The notes under the pieces are model-generated. The model searched no databases and had not been told where the DNA came from. It worked only from the letters and a program-made list of their open reading frames with translations. Position numbers and translations under genes: made by a program. DNA of 60,149 bases, the filler included, from Nemertoderma westbladi (lineage: Eukaryota > Animalia > Xenacoelomorpha): assembly GCA_032718475.1 (NCBI GenBank). It is 2 parts of 2 records of this genome, joined end to end, with 100 filler letters (N's around TTAATTAATTAA, not from the genome) between each part and the next. Parts side by side here need not be neighbours in the genome. Positions count along the whole stretch, not along the records: positions 1 to 31,771 come from JAUCBJ010001109.1; positions 31,872 to 60,149 come from JAUCBJ010006052.1. One strand, 5' to 3'. Each line of letters begins with the position of its first letter. The first letter of the stretch is position 1. Shown here piece after piece: positions 22,100 to 35,659 of this stretch.

Positions 22100-22400
22100 C
22101 TAAAATCCATCATAATGCCTTTGGTTGTACTTTGTTGACATGTGGTGCTGCCTTTGCAAAACTCCAGATTTCGGATCCATAGTCAGTTATATATTGATGA
22201 TACGCAAGAGGAAAATAGCTTAGTAAAGTTACTGTACCCGAACACTTTTACTTTTGGATATAATTGCTTCCAGCTTAGTGCACGAAGCCCGGACTTAGTC
22301 CGTGCATCCACAGTTTCCCGAAAAGTATTAAATTCGTCGAAAATAATTCCGAGGTATTTGTATTTTCTCACTACCTGAAGTACTTTACTTCTAGTGTAGA
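22100..22400 (-). pseudogene. Short LINE reverse transcriptase fragment in the intron
   Basis: VRKYKYLGIIFDE motif, typical of the non-LTR RT thumb region. Confidence 0.5.
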
Positions 22401-22499
22401 AAGTGCAAGTAAATGGAGGGTTAATATCGTTAATAACAGTCTGGGAGGTCAAACCATCGCATTCAACTAAACCACAATATACTATTCCTAAATAGGCTA

Positions 22500-23508
22500 T
22501 ACACTATGTCCTAGAATATAATAGTATCGTTATTCGGGGGAGTATCGTTTCATTATACCCCTCCAATTTTTCTACAAATCGTAATGAGAATGCATGAAAT
22601 TTGAAACAGAGATAGTTTCACCTCCCGACCACTGACTGGGTGAGCCAGAAATTTTATTTTTGCTTTCATTCTTTAGCTACTAGTGTTTGAAAAAGGTGTC
22701 TCCGGAGATTTTTCACAGTTCCCAGTGCAATCATTTTTCCAGTCATTTGTTGTTAGTACCAATAGAAAGCTGGCCGTGCATTGATTCCAAATATGTAAAA
22801 ACATTTGAATTTGGCTGGTAAATAGCTGAGATATTCGAATGTTGCATTGTATTTGCTTCCACTGCAGGCCATTTATTATATTTAATAAATGTACTTGTTT
22901 ATCCCATACGTAGCTGGGCAACAATGCAATACCTTTTTAATCATACTATTATGGAGCAGGAGCTATTGAATAGCTATGTAATATAACTCGTACAAAATAC
23001 AAAGGAGCACGAAAGGAAATACATACGTGTGCAGTATTATTTATAGTGGGACAAATAGTTAACTTGGGCTAATGGGATAAAACAAAATGTTCTAGAATAT
23101 TGTATTTTTATTTAATAGAATAAAACGCCTTGTGCAGGTGCTAAACCATGCAACCTTTGAACGTTCATAACTCGGCTATTTCCCAACCAAATTCAAATGG
23201 TTTTATATTTTTAGAATCCTTGTACGGTCAGCTTTCTATTGGTTCCATCACGATACGGTTCAATAATAACTGCAATGTAACTGGTGAAATATCACCGGAT
23301 AAACCTTTTTCAAACGCTTGTACCGGTAGCGAAAAAATGAAAGCAAAAATATAAGTTCTGGCTCATCCAGGAGGAGGGAGGTGAAACTATCTATGTTTCA
23401 AATTTCATCTAATATCACTAAGGTTTGTAGAAAAATTTGGAGGGGGGGGGGGGGGGGGGGGGGCAGGTACCTCTTGAATAACGACACTATATTCCTGGAC
23501 ATGGTGTA
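22500..23508. mobile_element. MITE with long imperfect TIRs, Tc1/mariner-like, in the PKA-RI intron
   Basis: tacactatgtcc...tttctacaaa...gaaatttgaaaca..gatagtttcacctccc..tgagccagaa is inverted at 23357-23508 (ends ggacatggtgta). A related right end occurs at about 28600-28702. Confidence 0.7.
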
Positions 23509-23937
23509 GGGTGTAGAAACGAAATGGAATGAAGGCATCTTTGCGGCTCATTAAGCCAAGGAACATAATACCGGTCCGGTACCTATTATGTTTATATGTT
23601 ATTATATATGTTATATATAAACATTGTTTACCACGTGACGGATCTTCTACAAAATACATCCACTCTGCTTCACAAGTAACTTCTGTTCCCATTTATCGAG
23701 CAGTGAAGGATGAAAGTCTAAGTCTGGGCTAGACTGCAGCTCTTTAAGCATCTTTAAGCTCTTCTAGCGATGGAAAGAACATGATAATTTCAAATATTTA
23801 CCAGTTTTTATATATATTTTAGTCGATCTATACACAAACACAATATATAATATCTGTAATAATATTAATATTAATATACAGTTGAATATAACTATTTTTT
23901 TTAATTATTATACATATATTTAATTTATTATCCGTAG

Positions 23938-24327
23938 GTTTCGATTCTGGAGAATCTCGATAAATGGGAGCGACTGACGATTGCAGACGCGTTGGAAGCG
24001 GTTAATTTCGTCGACGGGGAATCCATAGTGAAGCAGGGCGATCGTGGCGAGGAGTTTTACGTGATCCTGGAGGGCCATGCGGTAGTCCTGCAGCGTCGGT
24101 CCGACGACGAGGAAAACATCGAGGTGGGGAATCTGGGAGCCGCGGATTACTTTGGGGAGATCGCGCTGCTGCTGGATCGGCCCCGCGCCGCGACCATAGT
24201 GGCTCGGGGCCCGCTCAAGTGTTGCAAGTTGGATCGGGCCAGGTTCGAGCGGCTCCTTGGGCCCTGCGCCGATATATTGAAGCGCAACATGGCCCAGTAT
24301 AACAGCATCGTGTCGCTCTCAGTGTGA
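23938..24327 (+). CDS. PRKAR1: cAMP-dependent protein kinase type I regulatory subunit, coding exon 2
   Basis: Acceptor ccgtag|GTT restores [21 protein letters not shown]. Contains cAMP site [17 protein letters not shown] and ends YNSIVSLSV-stop. Spliced product is 378 aa. Confidence 0.97.
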   Translation, partial: VSILENLDKWERLTIADALEAVNFVDGESIVKQGDRGEEFYVILEGHAVVLQRRSDDEENIEVGNLGAADYFGEIALLLDRPRAATIVARGPLKCCKLDRARFERLLGPCADILKRNMAQYNSIVSLSV

Positions 24328-24335
24328 GTCTGACT

Positions 24336-24425
24336 GTGGTACCGGTAGCGGTATACTGTAGTACCGGTACCGGTATACTGTGGTACCGGTAGCGGTATAC
24401 TGTAGTACCGGTAGCGGTATACTAT
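24336..24425. repeat. Short tandem repeat (gtaccggtagcggtatactgta) just after the stop codon
   Basis: About 4 imperfect copies of a ~22-bp unit. Confidence 0.85.
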
Positions 24426-26699
24426 ACACACACACTCTCTGTTTGCTTCGTAGTGTTACTTGTTTTATATATACTAACTCACCAACCGTCCAACTATATC
24501 TATATTGTTTACGTTTGTTACGTTTCAGTCCGCGGTTAATATTTCAATGATAAGAAAATTAGTAAGTAAGGGGCCATCCTTAAATTACGTCACAATACGA
24601 AATGTTGGGGTGGGGGGTCTGAGCTGTAAAGGAGAACGGAGGGTTACCACTTTACCATTTGTCCTAATCAACTTTTGTCTGATGTCTTTTATTGATGGCC
24701 CCTATTATATGACACTTATAAATATGGCGTATATATTTATCTCAAATAAACTATCGGTATATATATTTTCTAGGAGTGCTAACCATGTTATTGCAGCTCA
24801 CAGATTTGTAAATCGCCCTTTTGATATTGTTACATTTATATGGCAGTTTATTCCTTTTAGCTTTATAATAACACCGTTTTATTAAGAGCAAATTACATAC
24901 TGTAGTCAGTGTGTGTATATATAATAGAGCATGGAATGTAATACTAAAAGTATATATTAATTATAAAATGTATATAATCCGTGGGACCAACCCAATCTTG
25001 TCACATTTTTAGCAAGTTGGTAAAACTTGTGTTAAATTATTTCTAATTTTTGCAATATCTTGTAGTAAAACTGTATGAAACCTGTACTTAAATAAATGTA
25101 GTTGATTTCATTTTTTGGTTTCCTTGAACAACAAGAAAATGTATTAAATTATAAATAATACTAATTACACTTTTGAACGGTGAATAAGTTGGTACCTAAT
25201 TTATATCATTTACGTAAAATTCACTAAAAGTCGCTTTAAATTTATTTTACTTGTAAATTTATCAAAAATAGTGGTCATTATCACTCACTTTCTCACAATT
25301 TATCCCCACGTTTGAATTGTTTTTACTTCACGCAGGTAAATACAGATTTTCTAAAGTGATTATGAACTCTACTTTGTCGCTCGTTAATATTTAATGATAT
25401 GAAATAAATATATGTTGAATATTTGAATAAATATTTACTTATTCAAAGCTGTTTGGTTACGTACGCTGCGTCAATTCTTGAATTCCGCGTATTTTTTCTG
25501 TTCGTAATTTGTGTTGGTCCTGCTGAATTTATTTATGTGCGTCCCTTACTTTACCCTTGTAGGTGTTGAGCAATATAAATCTGAGCCAAATAGACTCAAT
25601 CTACCGGTATATAATATACTATATGTCTTATTTATTTTGTTTCGTGTATTATATAACACAGGAAAGTGTCTCAATCCCATGGGGTATAAAGTCAGATTTA
25701 TTCCTCTAATGATGTTTAAAAGGAAATATTTTGGTACAATTCAGGAGTTAATATGTTCCATATTATTTATTCAGCTACGGATATTTACCCCTCAGATACT
25801 GTTATCCCCCAGATTTAAACCCGGTTCACAGATTGACTGGATGGGGGGGTATTTTAAACGCACTTTGACAGCGCAGTCGCCGCGTTTTCACAGGGCTGTA
25901 ACCAAAAACCTAAACGCTGTGATTGAATAGCAGTCCAGAGCGCGATCACGGCCCTCTCACAGCTCTGCCACAGCATTGTCACCACGAATTGTATCTGTGA
26001 GCCGGTCCTAATTGATAATATTTGGTACATTTCAACTGCTACTAGACTTATTATTATCGTTTTATCAATTTCCCCTTATTTCCTCCCATATTTTTTTTGG
26101 TGTAGTGGTATTTTGTAATTAACTGTCTATTTATAGTGCGTACTTTATATATATTTAACCTTTGCAGCGTTTACTTTTTACAGTTGTTAGATTACTCATT
26201 TATTTAGTTGTTGAAAAATTATTACTAATATTTGTTGGCTCAGGCCAATATATCTGCACTGCTAGAGGCTATCATAATAGAAACAGTAATGTTTAATTAA
26301 ATTAATCATTTAAATCAGGTTTCCATTGAAATGTATCTATCTGGAATTCTAATAATTATAAGTTGAGTTAATGGAGATCGCGATTTTTTATAAGCTAATT
26401 GATGTGGTTGGTATTTAGCTAGTACATTTTGTGGTGCATACTATAGTTTCCTTATCACAGGAAATATATCAATAAATCTTATATTAATGGCCGTTTATTG
26501 TTTGAATATTGAATATATTAAAATTCACCAGTGAGTATAGTATATTTGCTGTATTTTCCATAACTTCATAAATTCCTCGCATTGCTTCCCAACATGCCTG
26601 CTCTATAATTATATATCATATAATATCGAACGCTTTCATTACCTCAGTTATTACAAGAGACGTCCTGTGTCTGAATGGATTCATCTCATGAACCGCTTT

Positions 26700-27300
26700 C
26701 ACTAAATTTGTTTGCTACTATGAGATGCCGGCTTATCGACAAAATTGCGCCACCACATCCCCCATGACTTTAACCAACTTATCCTCATCTTGAGACAATT
26801 GTCTGTTAACAGGCGTCTCCAGAGAAAGTAGCGTCCTGCGCACCAGTATTATCTTCGAGGCCACAACAAGATTGTGCACTGGTTGGTGCTCAAGTCTACT
26901 GAATTTCGAATGGCTCTGCGCTTGACCTGTATCACCCCCAGCGGTACACACAGCTGTTGTTGAGCCACCGTCGTATAGTAGTGATCAATAATAATTATTT
27001 CTGCAATAATTTCCTCAGGAATCCCATATAATAGCACGTGCCGTTACAATCTATGCCGAACATGAACATACGTGATTGGGATACTGAATTGTAGGCATTA
27101 TAGAAGTCAAGAAAAAGCCCCAGAATGGTCTCCATGGTCCCACGACCTTTCTGGAACCCATTCTGGTTTACACGTAACAGTCTCTCAACAGGATTCTTAA
27201 TGCATTTTCAATATATTTATATTGTAATAGCTTTGCAGCAGATTCCTACCACAACCGAGCAATCTGATCGATCACTCGCAAATTATTAATAAGTAACATT
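26700..27300 (-). pseudogene. Degraded RTE-like reverse transcriptase fragment
   Basis: Minus strand reads NQNGFQKGRGT, LFLDFYNAYNSV, LYGIPEEII and GVIQ across frameshifts. Confidence 0.55.
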
Positions 27301-28804
27301 GTCCTCCGTATAGGCGGTAATGGCGATTAGTTGGCAATTAATAACGTAGCATTAAACGTATGTATAGAATGGCCGCACCTACTTACGACTCAAACGAAAC
27401 GGGAATTGATAAACCCTCTTCAAAAGCACTATAACAATTATTAATTGATAGCAGAAAAGCAGACGATAATACGATCTCCAATATTGTGGCTTATTTGACT
27501 TTGAACCATTCACCCACGTCTGCACCTACTAACTTATTCGTTTGCATCCTGTTTTTAATCCCTTTAGTCCCATTATTATACTCTTAACACCCACAAAACT
27601 ATACCTACAAACACCAAACAAATGCTGTTATACTGACAATATATCACTCTTAGTAACCTAGGAAGTAGTGCTTATAGTTTTATAATTGCCTATATCCCAA
27701 ACCTGTTGCCGAAATATCCCAACAACTTCTTTCACAGTAACTTGCATTGTCGTCACTTTACCTTATACCCCACCCGCATCCCAATGATGTTTCGAACAGA
27801 GAGCTGGTCAAGTTTATTAAAATTCCAATTTCGCCCTAAATCATTGGGCGAAGTTTTTGGGCTCCACAATTGTAACATTACACAATGCCGTTATTATTAA
27901 CAGCGAATTGTTATTTAGCACTTTACAACTTTAGAGGAATTTACAACCTGTACATTTAGTGATATATTATTATGTTGTAATGTCCCAAAAGAGCGACTTT
28001 ACAGTGCATTCGTTCAATGCAAGTGAACCTGAAACTTGGGATCGCCATGGTTACCACATAAACAATAATTGATATTTATTACTAATTGCCTGACAGTTGC
28101 ACTACTTGTTGCTTTTAAGCAACAGTTCTATTATCTGTTTTATCTCAGAAAAACCATCAACCAACCATTACTGTACTTTGTAGCTAGTAGGATAATTAAA
28201 TTATCCAATAAAAACGAAGGGTCTTGGGTGGGAGGTTTAAATTATGTTGTAAGTTAACATTCAATAATGCTGATAGGAAAGTTGTGAATTTTAGTTTATA
28301 GGGTGATTGTGTATTTATTAAATAGAATAAATGGCCTGCAGTGAACAATAATTCTTGCAATCTTTGAATGCCTATATCTCAGCTGTTTCTCAATGAAATT
28401 CAGACATTGTTACATATTTGGAATCCTTGCAACGCAAGCTTTTATTGATGTGAAAAAATTACGACTAAAGTGAAGAATGGCAATGATACAGAGGGTGCGA
28501 TTTCGCAAAAGACACTTTTTTAAAACGCTTATAAATAAAATTTAAAAGCGAAATCGACAATTCCGGCTTCATGGTAACAACCACGGTGAGTTGAACTAGT
28601 TGTGTTTCAAATTTCAAGCAATATGATAAAGATTTGTAGAAAAATTTGGGGGGGGGGTCCGTGTCATCAGAAAATGACACTATATTACGTGACATGGTGT
28701 ATACACCATAACCCTTAATACAACAACCATTTTTAGGGGGTCGGAGCCCCCCCCCCCCCCCCCCCTAATTTTTTTCAAATTTCAATAAAATGCTACGGAA
28801 TTCG

Positions 28805-29223
28805 GTATGATGATATATCGACACCTTTTCTTACTGGTGGCCTGGCCGGGCCTTATTATTTAGCTGAGCGCTTAAAACTCTCCATCTTGTTTTTCATTAC
28901 CCATAATTAATATTCTAGAATTGAGTAAAAAAAACATTAGAATTATAGCGGTTTACGTCACAAAAATTTACACCTTAGTATTTTGATAATATCTCCGGAA
29001 GTTCTTGGTGAAATTTAAAACGGGTTTCATATTCGGAATCTGTAGACGAAGGCGGTTCTAATGATATCTAGATCTCATTCCAAAGACGAAAAATAAAGCT
29101 GACGGAAGTGGCTAAATATTGCGAAATAGACGATTTTTAACGGCTTGTTGTATCGAAATAGCTCATAAATTAAAAAATCCGGCCAGGCCACCAGTAAGAA
29201 AAGGTGTCGATATATCATCATAC
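28805..29223. mobile_element. MITE with perfect ~45-bp terminal inverted repeats
   Basis: gtatgatgatatatcgacaccttttcttactggtggcctggccgg and its exact reverse complement at 29179-29223, with TA at both ends. Confidence 0.85.
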
Positions 29224-30116
29224 ATATCGGTATATTGGTTTATACATTTTGTGGAAAGAGATTTCTATGTATATTAAAATAACTGCCTTACCAGGAACCA
29301 ATAAAAGCTGGAATATTAACTTAATAACAAGAACGACTCGACCGTGACCAGTTATTTACTGCATAGATGCTCACTTGACAGTTTACGATACAGTTTTTAC
29401 TTGGAAAAGTTCTAGCAGCGATAGGCTGCGAAAATATCCCATACAACCGCCTAAGGGCAATTAATAAGTGAAAAAGTGAGGTGGTACCGGTTGGTCCTTT
29501 TGGGAGAAAAGTTGATCTGTGCTAGATTCCCTTTACAGTAAGATACCGTGCATTTTTTTACTCTGTAAAACTGTATTTGTATTATTGCTGTTGCAGTTAT
29601 AAAATTTAATGCTGTCTTGTCTCGCCATAAGGACAGTTACAGTATTATTTTCTATTAATAAAAAAAGGATTAGTACACCAATTTTCGTCCAGCAAATAAG
29701 CATTCTTAAAGGTGTTGTGCTTCCCAATTTTGTGCCAAAATTTGTTTGTTTTAAAGAGCCTCGTGGCAAACGCTCACGTCCATGAGTAGTGCTTGGTAAT
29801 TTTCTGGCGATAAATATCAAAGCTAAAATACTCAGTTTTTTCTCAAAGTGCTGGGTTACGAAAGGGGTAGAATATTCCGAATTTATACTTCCGAAAATTC
29901 CTTGCAAGTATAAATATGAATATTCTATGTTTCAAAGAGATATTTAGATTAAATCCTGATGCCGTTGAATTTCTCTAAAATGTTGTTGGAGCTGCCATTG
30001 ACACGCCAACAAACAGTAATCACTCGCTTTCAGTGAAGGAACAAATTCTAACTGTTCTTAGATTTTATGCATTGAATGGTGAAAACAACTTTAGACTTTA
30101 AACAACTTTTACAACC

Positions 30117-30271
30117 CCGGGGGGCAATTGTCCGGAGGGCAATTGTCCGGAGGGCAATTGTCCGGAGGGCAATTGTCCGGAGGGCAATTGTCCGGGAGGT
30201 AATTGTCCTCGGGGGACAATTTTCCGGGGGGCAATTGTCCTCGGGGGCAATTGTCCGGGGGGCAATTGTCC
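30117..30271. repeat. 15-bp minisatellite (ggagggcaattgtcc)n
   Basis: About 10 tandem copies, degenerating to the right. Confidence 0.92.
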
Positions 30272-31771
30272 TAGTTCCGGAAATAATATTGGCGTACTTA
30301 TAATTCAATGTTTTAAGTTCAGTTTCAGCTTTGGTGTATTTTCCGAAAGGCCCTAATTTCGGTGCACCAAAAGTGAGCTACCACTAGGTAGTCATATCCT
30401 AGTCTGAAAAACCTACTACAGCAAGCCAACAAAGCCAAACTAGAAGTTATTAAAATAACACAAATTTAGAAATTTTGTCATGGGACTACTTCTATTTTTC
30501 GTGAAAATTCTGATACCCAGCTTACGGAATTTTCATTTTTTAAGATTTTGAACTGTTCTTCCATTATTTTCTGTTGCCACAGCCCAAATTTTATAGGATA
30601 TCATTGCTGCGCCACTGCTGCTAATGGTTTATACACCCCAGTGGTAATAGGGTTAAATAATGTACGTGTTCTGTATATAGGCCTACGGTATACAGTACAA
30701 CTCGGCAATAATATACGGTAGGCAATATATTTAATAGTTAATAAGCGATGCAAAATGCCAACCCTAACAAACAGAGTGATATAAAACGTACTAATATCCA
30801 TCCTTTCTTCTTCAATTTAATACTATAGCAATAATAAAATCTAATTTTTGTAGTCACCCACAGTACAGCAATAATAAAATCTCAAATATTATTATGACTT
30901 ATTCAGCTGAATGTAGTGTGATTTTAGAATTTAGTGATCATGGCTAATATTACATGTCCTTGTCACATAAAATGTCTAGGTGATGGCGATAATGGCGATA
31001 GTTCCAGAACACACGGTATTTATTTTTCATAGGGAACTTTATGTAAAATATATCCAACCAACAACAATACCGACCACTATCATACGTATACAGTAAAGTA
31101 CGTCTTCTAATGTCCACCTATTATATCTACTGATATGTTTATTCTGCTATTTTCACGTATATAATTTGTTCAAAAGTATGATGGTTCTTCAATTTATCGA
31201 TAGCTAGTGATATTTTCATCATTGCTGGTGTTTTGCGGGTACTAGTGTGTTATAGGTACACCCCCAAAAAAAAGGTGTGTAAATGTTAGTTTATTGGTTA
31301 ATTTGGCAACAGAGTTTCTGTTAGCACTTTAATTAAAAAAACCTGCGTTAGCGTGCTGAGGAATCTGTATACATGTTTGTGTTTGACTGTGTGCCTAATT
31401 TAGGGTAGTAACATCCTAAGAATACCTTTCTCCATACTTCTTCTTAACAAATTTGGTTGGAAATGCCCTGGAGCCTTTTTATATCAAAAAGGCAAAAAAA
31501 AAACCCTTTTTTGGGGCCTTTTTGATCTAAAATGGCTCCAGAGCATTTGAGGCAAAATTTGTTAAGAAGAATTGGATGCAGGGTTCTTCCGAACCTATAA
31601 TCCAAATTTCGACAAATTTCAACAAATATTGGTGGAGAAATGGCCCTTGCCGCAAAAAGGGCCTTTTGGCTTTTACGGAGTCATTTTGAGGCCAATTTTA
31701 AAAATATTTGCTTTGGCTATTCTCAGATAGTCCAGACGATGTTTAGTAGCAGAAAAAATAATTTTCACCCA

Positions 31772-31871
31772 NNNNNNNNNNNNNNNNNNNNNNNNNNNNN
31801 NNNNNNNNNNNNNNNTTAATTAATTAANNNNNNNNNNNNNNNNNNNNNNNNNNNNNNNNNNNNNNNNNNNN
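31772..31871. other. Assembly gap with artificial TTAATTAATTAA linker
   Basis: 44 N, then TTAATTAATTAA (stops in all six frames), then 44 N. Confidence 0.95.
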
Positions 31872-32490
31872 CAAGTGAAAACAAATTATACATCATCTAT
31901 TATAGCGACAGCAAATTTGAACACTAGTGGTCGAATTTCTGGTTGAAAATGATGAACTCTGGGTTTTGTGGGTTTTATATCTTTCAATATTAAATTATTC
32001 AATTTTAATTAAGGTTTCAATGACAAATGCTAATTTTTTTTTTAATTATTATATTAAAAGAAAAATTATTAATAGAAGGACTATTATTAATAGGAGGGCT
32101 GGGGCAATATTGTTAATAAGGCAGGTGGGTATACTCGGGGTACCACCTACCTTACCTGTCTTACTTTCTTATTTTTCGTTGGACAAGCCTGGGCTGGGAT
32201 AATGTGAATTCTATCTGGTCTGGATGCTAATGTTACTTCAACAAATATTTATTGGGTGATATTGTAGAATATTGAGCCCAATGTACTTTATGATGCAACG
32301 TGAGCATCCGCTCGGGGTAGAATATAAATTAATAAAGAAGCCGCAAGGTGGTGTAATGGAAAGCAAGTCTTATCAGTCACTGCTTATACTGATACAGTAT
32401 AAATCAAACAACAAAGGTTATGCAGCAATCTATTCGGCTTTCTTGACAGCCGATAACTTACAACCCTTCGGATGAATTCAGAATATTTTA
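31872..32490 (+). repeat. ~620-bp direct repeat, copy 1
   Basis: Nearly identical to 34138-34757, with about 8 differences seen. Confidence 0.92.
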
Positions 32491-32577
32491 ATTTTTAATC
32501 AATTAAATTACAGTTAATTTTTTAAGCCTATATGCTAGTCACATAATAATTAATTATACAATTACAATTACAATAAT

Positions 32578-33780
32578 AACAATTATACATTCTATTGCGA
32601 GCACTATTGCGTGAGTATACGCTTGCCGCACAAGTAATTTCATATTCTGTGCCGCATAATTAATTATACATTCTATTGCGAGCACTATTGCGTGAGTATA
32701 CGCTTGCCGCACAAGTAATTTTATATTCTGTGCCGCATAATTAATTAAACATTCTATTGCGAGCACTATTGCGTGAGTATACGCTTGCCGCACAAGTAAT
32801 TTTATATTCTGTGCCACATAATTAATTATACATTCTATTGCAAGCACTATTGCGTGAGTATACGCTTGCCGCACAAGTAATTTCATATTCTGTGCCGCAT
32901 AATTAATTATACATTCTATTGCGAGCACTATTGCGTGAGTATACGCTTGCCGCACAAGTAATTTTATATTCTGTGCCACATAATTAATTATACATTCTAT
33001 TGCGAGCACTATTGCGTGAGTATACGCTTGCCGCACAAGTAATTTTATCTTCTGTGCCGCATAATTAATTAAACATTCTATTGCGAGCACTATTGCGTGA
33101 GTATACGCTTGCCGCACAAGTAATTTCATATTCTGTGCCGCATAATTAATTAAACATTCTATTGAGAGCACTATTGCGTGAGTATAGGCTTGCCGCACAA
33201 GTTATTTTATATTCTGTTCCGCATAATTAATTAAACATTCTATTGCGAGCACTATTGCGTGAGTATACGCTTGCCGCACAAGTAATTTTATATTCTGTGC
33301 CGCATAATTAATTATACATTCTATTGCGAGCACTATTGCGTGAGTATACGCTTGCCGCACAAGTAATTTTATATTCTGTGCCGCATAATTAATTAAACAT
33401 TCTATTGCGAGCACTATTGCGTGAGTATACGCTTGCCGCACAAGTAATTTTATATTCTGTGCCACATAATTAATTATACATTCTATTGCAAGCACTATTG
33501 CGTGAGTATACGCTTGCCGCACAAGTAATTTCATATTCTGTGCCGCATAATCAATTATACATTCTATTGCGAGCACTATTGCGTGAGTATACGCTTGCCG
33601 CACAAGTAATTTTATATTCTGTGCCGCATAAATAATTATACATTCTATTGCGAGCACTAATGCGTGAGTATACGCTTGCCGCACAATTTTATTTTACATT
33701 CTGTGCCCCATAATTAATTAAACATTCTATTGTGAGCACTATTGCGTGAATATACGCTTACCACACATTTAATTATATGT
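32578..33780. repeat. 81-bp tandem satellite, about 15 copies
   Basis: Unit cattctattgcgagcactattgcgtgagtatacgcttgccgcacaagtaattttatattctgtgccgcataattaattata recurs every 81 bp. Confidence 0.97.
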
Positions 33781-34137
33781 GCCACGAAATTAATTGTACA
33801 TTATGTTACAAGCATTACGATGATTGGCGTATATATGCTTACAACACAGTTATTGATTACTAAAAACGAGTAATATGCGTACAATTAATGTTCAATTACA
33901 CATCATGTTGTTGCATTATTGCATACATTTTTAGTCATGACACAATAAATTATGTAATCATTAAGCTTCTGCAAATTTCCCACAATCGTATATCTACATG
34001 AATGTTGTCGCACTTAGTACAACAAATATAAATAATGCAATATATTATACATTCTTTCCCTGACATTATACATTATGCCCACTTTTGCTGACCAAGGACC
34101 AGAACACCCACTGTACTGTACTCCTGCCGTACACGAC

Positions 34138-34757
34138 CAAGTGAAAAAAAGTTATACATCATCTATTATAGCGACAGCAAATTTGAACACTAGTGGTCGA
34201 CTTTCTGGTTGAAAATGATGAACTCTGGGTTTTGTGGGTTTTATATCTTTCAATATTAAATTCTTCAATTTTAATTAAGGTTTCAATGACAAATGCAAAT
34301 TTTTTTTTTAATTATTATATTAAAAGAAAAATTATTAATAGATGAACTATTATTAATAGGAGGGCTGGGGCAATATTGTTAATAAGGCAGGTGGGTATAC
34401 TAGGGGTACCACCTACCTTACCTGTCTTACTTTCTTATTTTTCGTTGGACAAGCCTGGGCTGGGATAATGTGAATTCTATCTGGTCTGGATGCTAATGTT
34501 ACTTCAACAAATATTTATTGGGTGATATTGTAGAATATTGAGCCCAATGTACTTTATGATGCAACGTGAGCATCCGCTCGGGGTAGAATATAAATTAATA
34601 AAGAAGCCGCAAGGTGGTGTAATGGAAAGCAAGTCTTATCAGTCACTGCTTATACTGATACAGTATAAATCAAACAACAAAGGTTATGCAGCAATCTATT
34701 CGGCTTTCTTGACAGCCGATAACTTACAACCCTTCGGATGAATTCAGAATATTTTAA
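34138..34757 (+). repeat. ~620-bp direct repeat, copy 2
   Basis: Nearly identical to 31872-32490. Confidence 0.92.
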
Positions 34758-35313
34758 CCCACCAACCTCCTCCCCTTTCTTCCTCCATAAAATGTAATAA
34801 AGGTTGAGTGTAAATTATTTAATGATGTTTAACGGTTCGGTTATTGATCTCTAAATATTGATGTGCAGTTTATATATTTCTATACATGCTATTCATGTGC
34901 ATGATATATGATTACTATGCATGCATTGGGTCTATATACCCTCACCCTTTGAAATATATGCCTTCTTTACAAGGCACTTTCACCCGTTAAACAATTGTTT
35001 CATATTTGCAAAGCGGAGCTGCGCAAAAAACAGGGATAGCACGTCTGTATCATAAAGTTTGCCTTGTGGCTTGCCTGAGGAGACATTTTCATTAAAGTGA
35101 ATATACAATAAAATGTAAAATGTGTATAAATGTCATGGGGTCAAATGTTTTTATTTGGTTTTCTTATTATTTGCTTGTGTTCGTTATTATTTTGGTTTTC
35201 ATGGGTGATACAATTAAATCAAAATTAAAAATTCAATATTTTGCATCAGTTATTAAGTATAGTGACCGTTTCTCTCAAGGGGGGCACGTGCCCCCCCTCT
35301 GGATCCGCCCCTG

Positions 35314-35659
35314 CTATTATAGGAACAGGTAACAGGATTACCTGCCAGAACAAGATTAAATATTATAAATTTTAAAGGGAAATCAAGAAATAGAAGTGGT
35401 GTTTATAAAAAGGTTAGGGTGAATTGGTCCTGTGGCCTTGTCTTCAAGTTGCCCTAGTTCCCCCGGGTGGGTTCTATTTCTATTGCAAGAGGTCCTAGTA
35501 CTCATGAAAGTCCCTTTAGGAATTAAATTGGTAAAATTTAACCCAGTCAATTTTCAGCAATTAACAATTAACCCTTTCATGTTGGCGCACAGGCATTGCC
35601 TGCGCAGCGCATAGGCATTGCCTGCGCAGCGCATAGGCATTGCCTGCGCAGCGCATAGG
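35314..35659 (+). repeat. ~300-bp direct repeat, copy 1, with a triplicated 22-mer and a TTAA-CCCTTT piggyBac-like end
   Basis: ctattataggaacagg...gcataggt is repeated at 38840-39137. A lone hAT-type TIR ggatccgcccctg precedes it at 35301-35313. Confidence 0.88.

Noticed and set aside
30048-30308. RTIAL/RRAIV repeat ORFs
   Set aside because: They are translations of a 15-bp minisatellite.
31816-31827. TTAATTAATTAA island inside N runs
   Set aside because: It is an artificial six-frame stop linker used to join contigs.
32578-33780. CRISPR array or repeat protein (160-aa and 214-aa ORFs)
   Set aside because: Units are contiguous with no unique spacers and there are no cas genes in this eukaryotic context. 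The ORFs arise because the 81-bp unit is a multiple of 3.
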